DNA of 33,549 nt from an uncultured Candidatus Saccharibacteria bacterium. GTDB taxonomy: Bacteria > Patescibacteriota > Dojkabacteria > SC72. Within the stretch, counting starts at the first letter, position 1. Every line of letters starts with the position of its first letter. A program made the translations under genes and the position numbers. Of the stretch, positions 31,890 through 33,549 are shown in pieces. A model generated the notes under the pieces. It ran no database searches. It was not told the origin of the DNA and was given only the letters and a program-made list of their open reading frames with translations. The stretch lies in NCBI GenBank assembly GCA_964526165.1, contig CAZGKK010000002.1, positions 1-33,549 on the forward strand, given 5' to 3'.

Positions 31890-33341
31890 ATGGACGATTA
31901 CTTTAAGAATGAAGGAAGAGATTTTCTAAGCTTGTCCTACAAAGAGTTGGAAGAATTAAATTTGAAAAGTAAAGAAAGAAGAAAAGACAGATCAGTGCAG
32001 AATTTAGAGAATCTAGAATCTGAGTATAAAAAATTCTTAAAGGGTGAGGAGAAGATTAAGGCAGTCATAGTAGCATTTTCCGATCTTGAGGGAAGATTTC
32101 ACACTTTAGATTACGACAAAAAATATTTATTAGAGTCAAGCGACAATCTTACTTTTGATGGCTCCTCGGTAAAAGGTTTTAGCAATGTAGACGAATCCGA
32201 TTTGAGATTAAAACTAGACTGGGCTTCATTTTATTTTTTACCCTCAAACATTTTTGGAGATGGAAAAGTAATGGTTTTTGCAGATATATATACAAAGGAT
32301 AACAAACCACATGAATGTGATATTCGTTCGAAATTAAAATTGTATATGAACATTCTTAAGAAAAAAGGAATTGATTCAAACATAGGAACTGAGCTTGAAG
32401 GTTTCCTTGTAAATGGGGTAGATGCTGAAATGAATTTCAGGGAAGAGACGGGTTTTGAGCTTGTATCACTCGGCGGCTATTACCATTCATTGCCTAAGGA
32501 CAAATTGAAGCTTTTCATTGACGCAACGGCAGAAGCTCAAAGGGCTTTGGGATTTGAAAATGAAAAAGACCATCCAGAAGTTGCTCCTTCTCAATTTGAA
32601 TTAAATTACAAATATACGGACCCAATTAACGCCTCAGATCAAATTCAACTATACAAACTCGTTGCGAGACAAATAGCTGATAATATGGAATGTACTGCAA
32701 CTTTTCTTCCGAAACCTTTTACGAATATAAATGGGAGCGGTATGCATACAAATATATCTCTTTTTAAAAATGGAAGGAATGTGTTTTTTGATGCAAAACA
32801 AAAAATGGAGATATCAAAATCAGCAGAAAACTTTATTGCAAGAGTTCTTACTAGTGCAAACGAAATATCTTTAATTCTAAACCCAAGTGTCAACGCATAC
32901 CGAAGATTGGACCCAAGATATGAAGCTCCTAATCAAATAAAGTATTCGTTCTCAGACAGGAGCTCAATGATCAGAATTCCTGCAGGAAATATGAACTCAA
33001 CTAGAATAGAAGTTCGTTCTGTAGGCTCGGATGCTAATCCATACCTAACAATGTACACCCTATTAAAGATTGGTTTGGAAGGTCCGAAAGAGGAATTACA
33101 AAAGAAAGGGAAAAGGGTGAGGACACGAACTCTCCCAGGAAATATTTTCGATGCAATAAGGATATTTAAGTATAGTGATTCAATAACTAAAATTCTAGGG
33201 GAAACGACAAAAAGCAGTTATGTTAATCTTAAAGAAAAAACTGCAGACCGGGCTCAAAAAGATTTAGGAAAATATATAAAAAAATCTGAGGTCCTCTATC
33301 ATCACGAGATTACAAATCAGTATCTTTGGAATGAATATTAG
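31890..33341 (+). CDS. glnA: Glutamine synthetase (type I-like, no adenylylation-loop motif seen)
   Basis: 483-aa ORF with EVAPSQFELNYKY, GSGMHTNISLF, SSMIRIP and RIEVRSVGSDANPYL. It has a ~45-aa charged N-terminal extension. Confidence 0.85.
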   Translation: MDDYFKNEGRDFLSLSYKELEELNLKSKERRKDRSVQNLENLESEYKKFLKGEEKIKAVIVAFSDLEGRFHTLDYDKKYLLESSDNLTFDGSSVKGFSNVDESDLRLKLDWASFYFLPSNIFGDGKVMVFADIYTKDNKPHECDIRSKLKLYMNILKKKGIDSNIGTELEGFLVNGVDAEMNFREETGFELVSLGGYYHSLPKDKLKLFIDATAEAQRALGFENEKDHPEVAPSQFELNYKYTDPINASDQIQLYKLVARQIADNMECTATFLPKPFTNINGSGMHTNISLFKNGRNVFFDAKQKMEISKSAENFIARVLTSANEISLILNPSVNAYRRLDPRYEAPNQIKYSFSDRSSMIRIPAGNMNSTRIEVRSVGSDANPYLTMYTLLKIGLEGPKEELQKKGKRVRTRTLPGNIFDAIRIFKYSDSITKILGETTKSSYVNLKEKTADRAQKDLGKYIKKSEVLYHHEITNQYLWNEY

Positions 33342-33549
33342 ACAATTTCTTTTGCAATAATGTCTCGTATTTTTCGCAAAGAACTACTTAACATCAATTC
33401 GGCACGCAATTTACTTGCTGTGTCAAAATTGTTTATATAAGCCTTAATATACTTATTTTGGCTATTGATCTTTTCCATCTCTGACTTCTCTTTTTCAAAT
33501 ATTTCTAAATGTTTTAATAGAATAGCAAATCTCTCTTCTTTAGATATCT
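33338..33549 (-). CDS. 3' end of an unidentified gene entering from the right edge (70 codons, ...RAELMLSSSLRKIRDIIAKEIV*)
   Basis: The minus-strand frame is open from the window edge to TAA at 33340..33338. It is absent from the ORF track because no start lies in the window. The stop overlaps the glnA stop by 4 nt. The sequence is charged and helical, and the product is unknown. Confidence 0.45.
   Translation of the reverse strand, partial: ISKEERFAILLKHLEIFEKEKSEMEKINSQNKYIKAYINNFDTASKLRAELMLSSSLRKIRDIIAKEIV

Noticed and set aside
1-33549. Alternative genetic code (UGA recoded, as in some CPR lineages)
   Set aside because: All long family-recognisable ORFs are full length under the standard code, with normal termini. 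No conserved gene is broken at TGA, and TGA ends the small ORF at 8220.

Overview
AT-rich, very tightly packed 33.5-kb stretch that is almost entirely core housekeeping. It carries rarA, tyrS, a short rel/spoT homolog, recG, a SpoU/TrmH methyltransferase, rsmD, thrS-infC-rpmI-rplT, pheST, a class A PBP, hisS, mutS, tig-clpP, glnA and one tRNA-Val(GAC). Several traits suggest, by inference only, a small-genome uncultivated bacterium of the CPR/Patescibacteria type using the standard genetic code: reduced domain architectures (trigger factor without PPIase domain, ThrRS without N-terminal TGS domain, Rel without ACT), convergent genes sharing stop codons, and few Shine-Dalgarno sites. I see no CRISPR array, defence island, prophage or rRNA. 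Worth a second look: (i) a PEP-synthase-like three-domain protein whose phospho-carrier histidine is replaced by aspartate; (ii) two orphan acidic proteins translationally coupled to clpP where clpX normally sits; (iii) a comparatively GC-rich 288-bp non-coding gap upstream of mutS carrying a ~50-nt imperfect direct repeat; (iv) three 32-36 aa single-pass membrane peptides absent from the ORF track, two of them overlapping; (v) a recurrent TGnTATAAT-type box 5-7 nt from the ATG of operon-first genes, implying leaderless mRNAs; (vi) a sortase next to an Ig-like surface protein with a non-canonical C-terminal sorting signal; (vii) a solitary IS200/RAYT-type HUH transposase. None of these is shown to be a new system. 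All functional calls are by-eye motif recognition without database searches.
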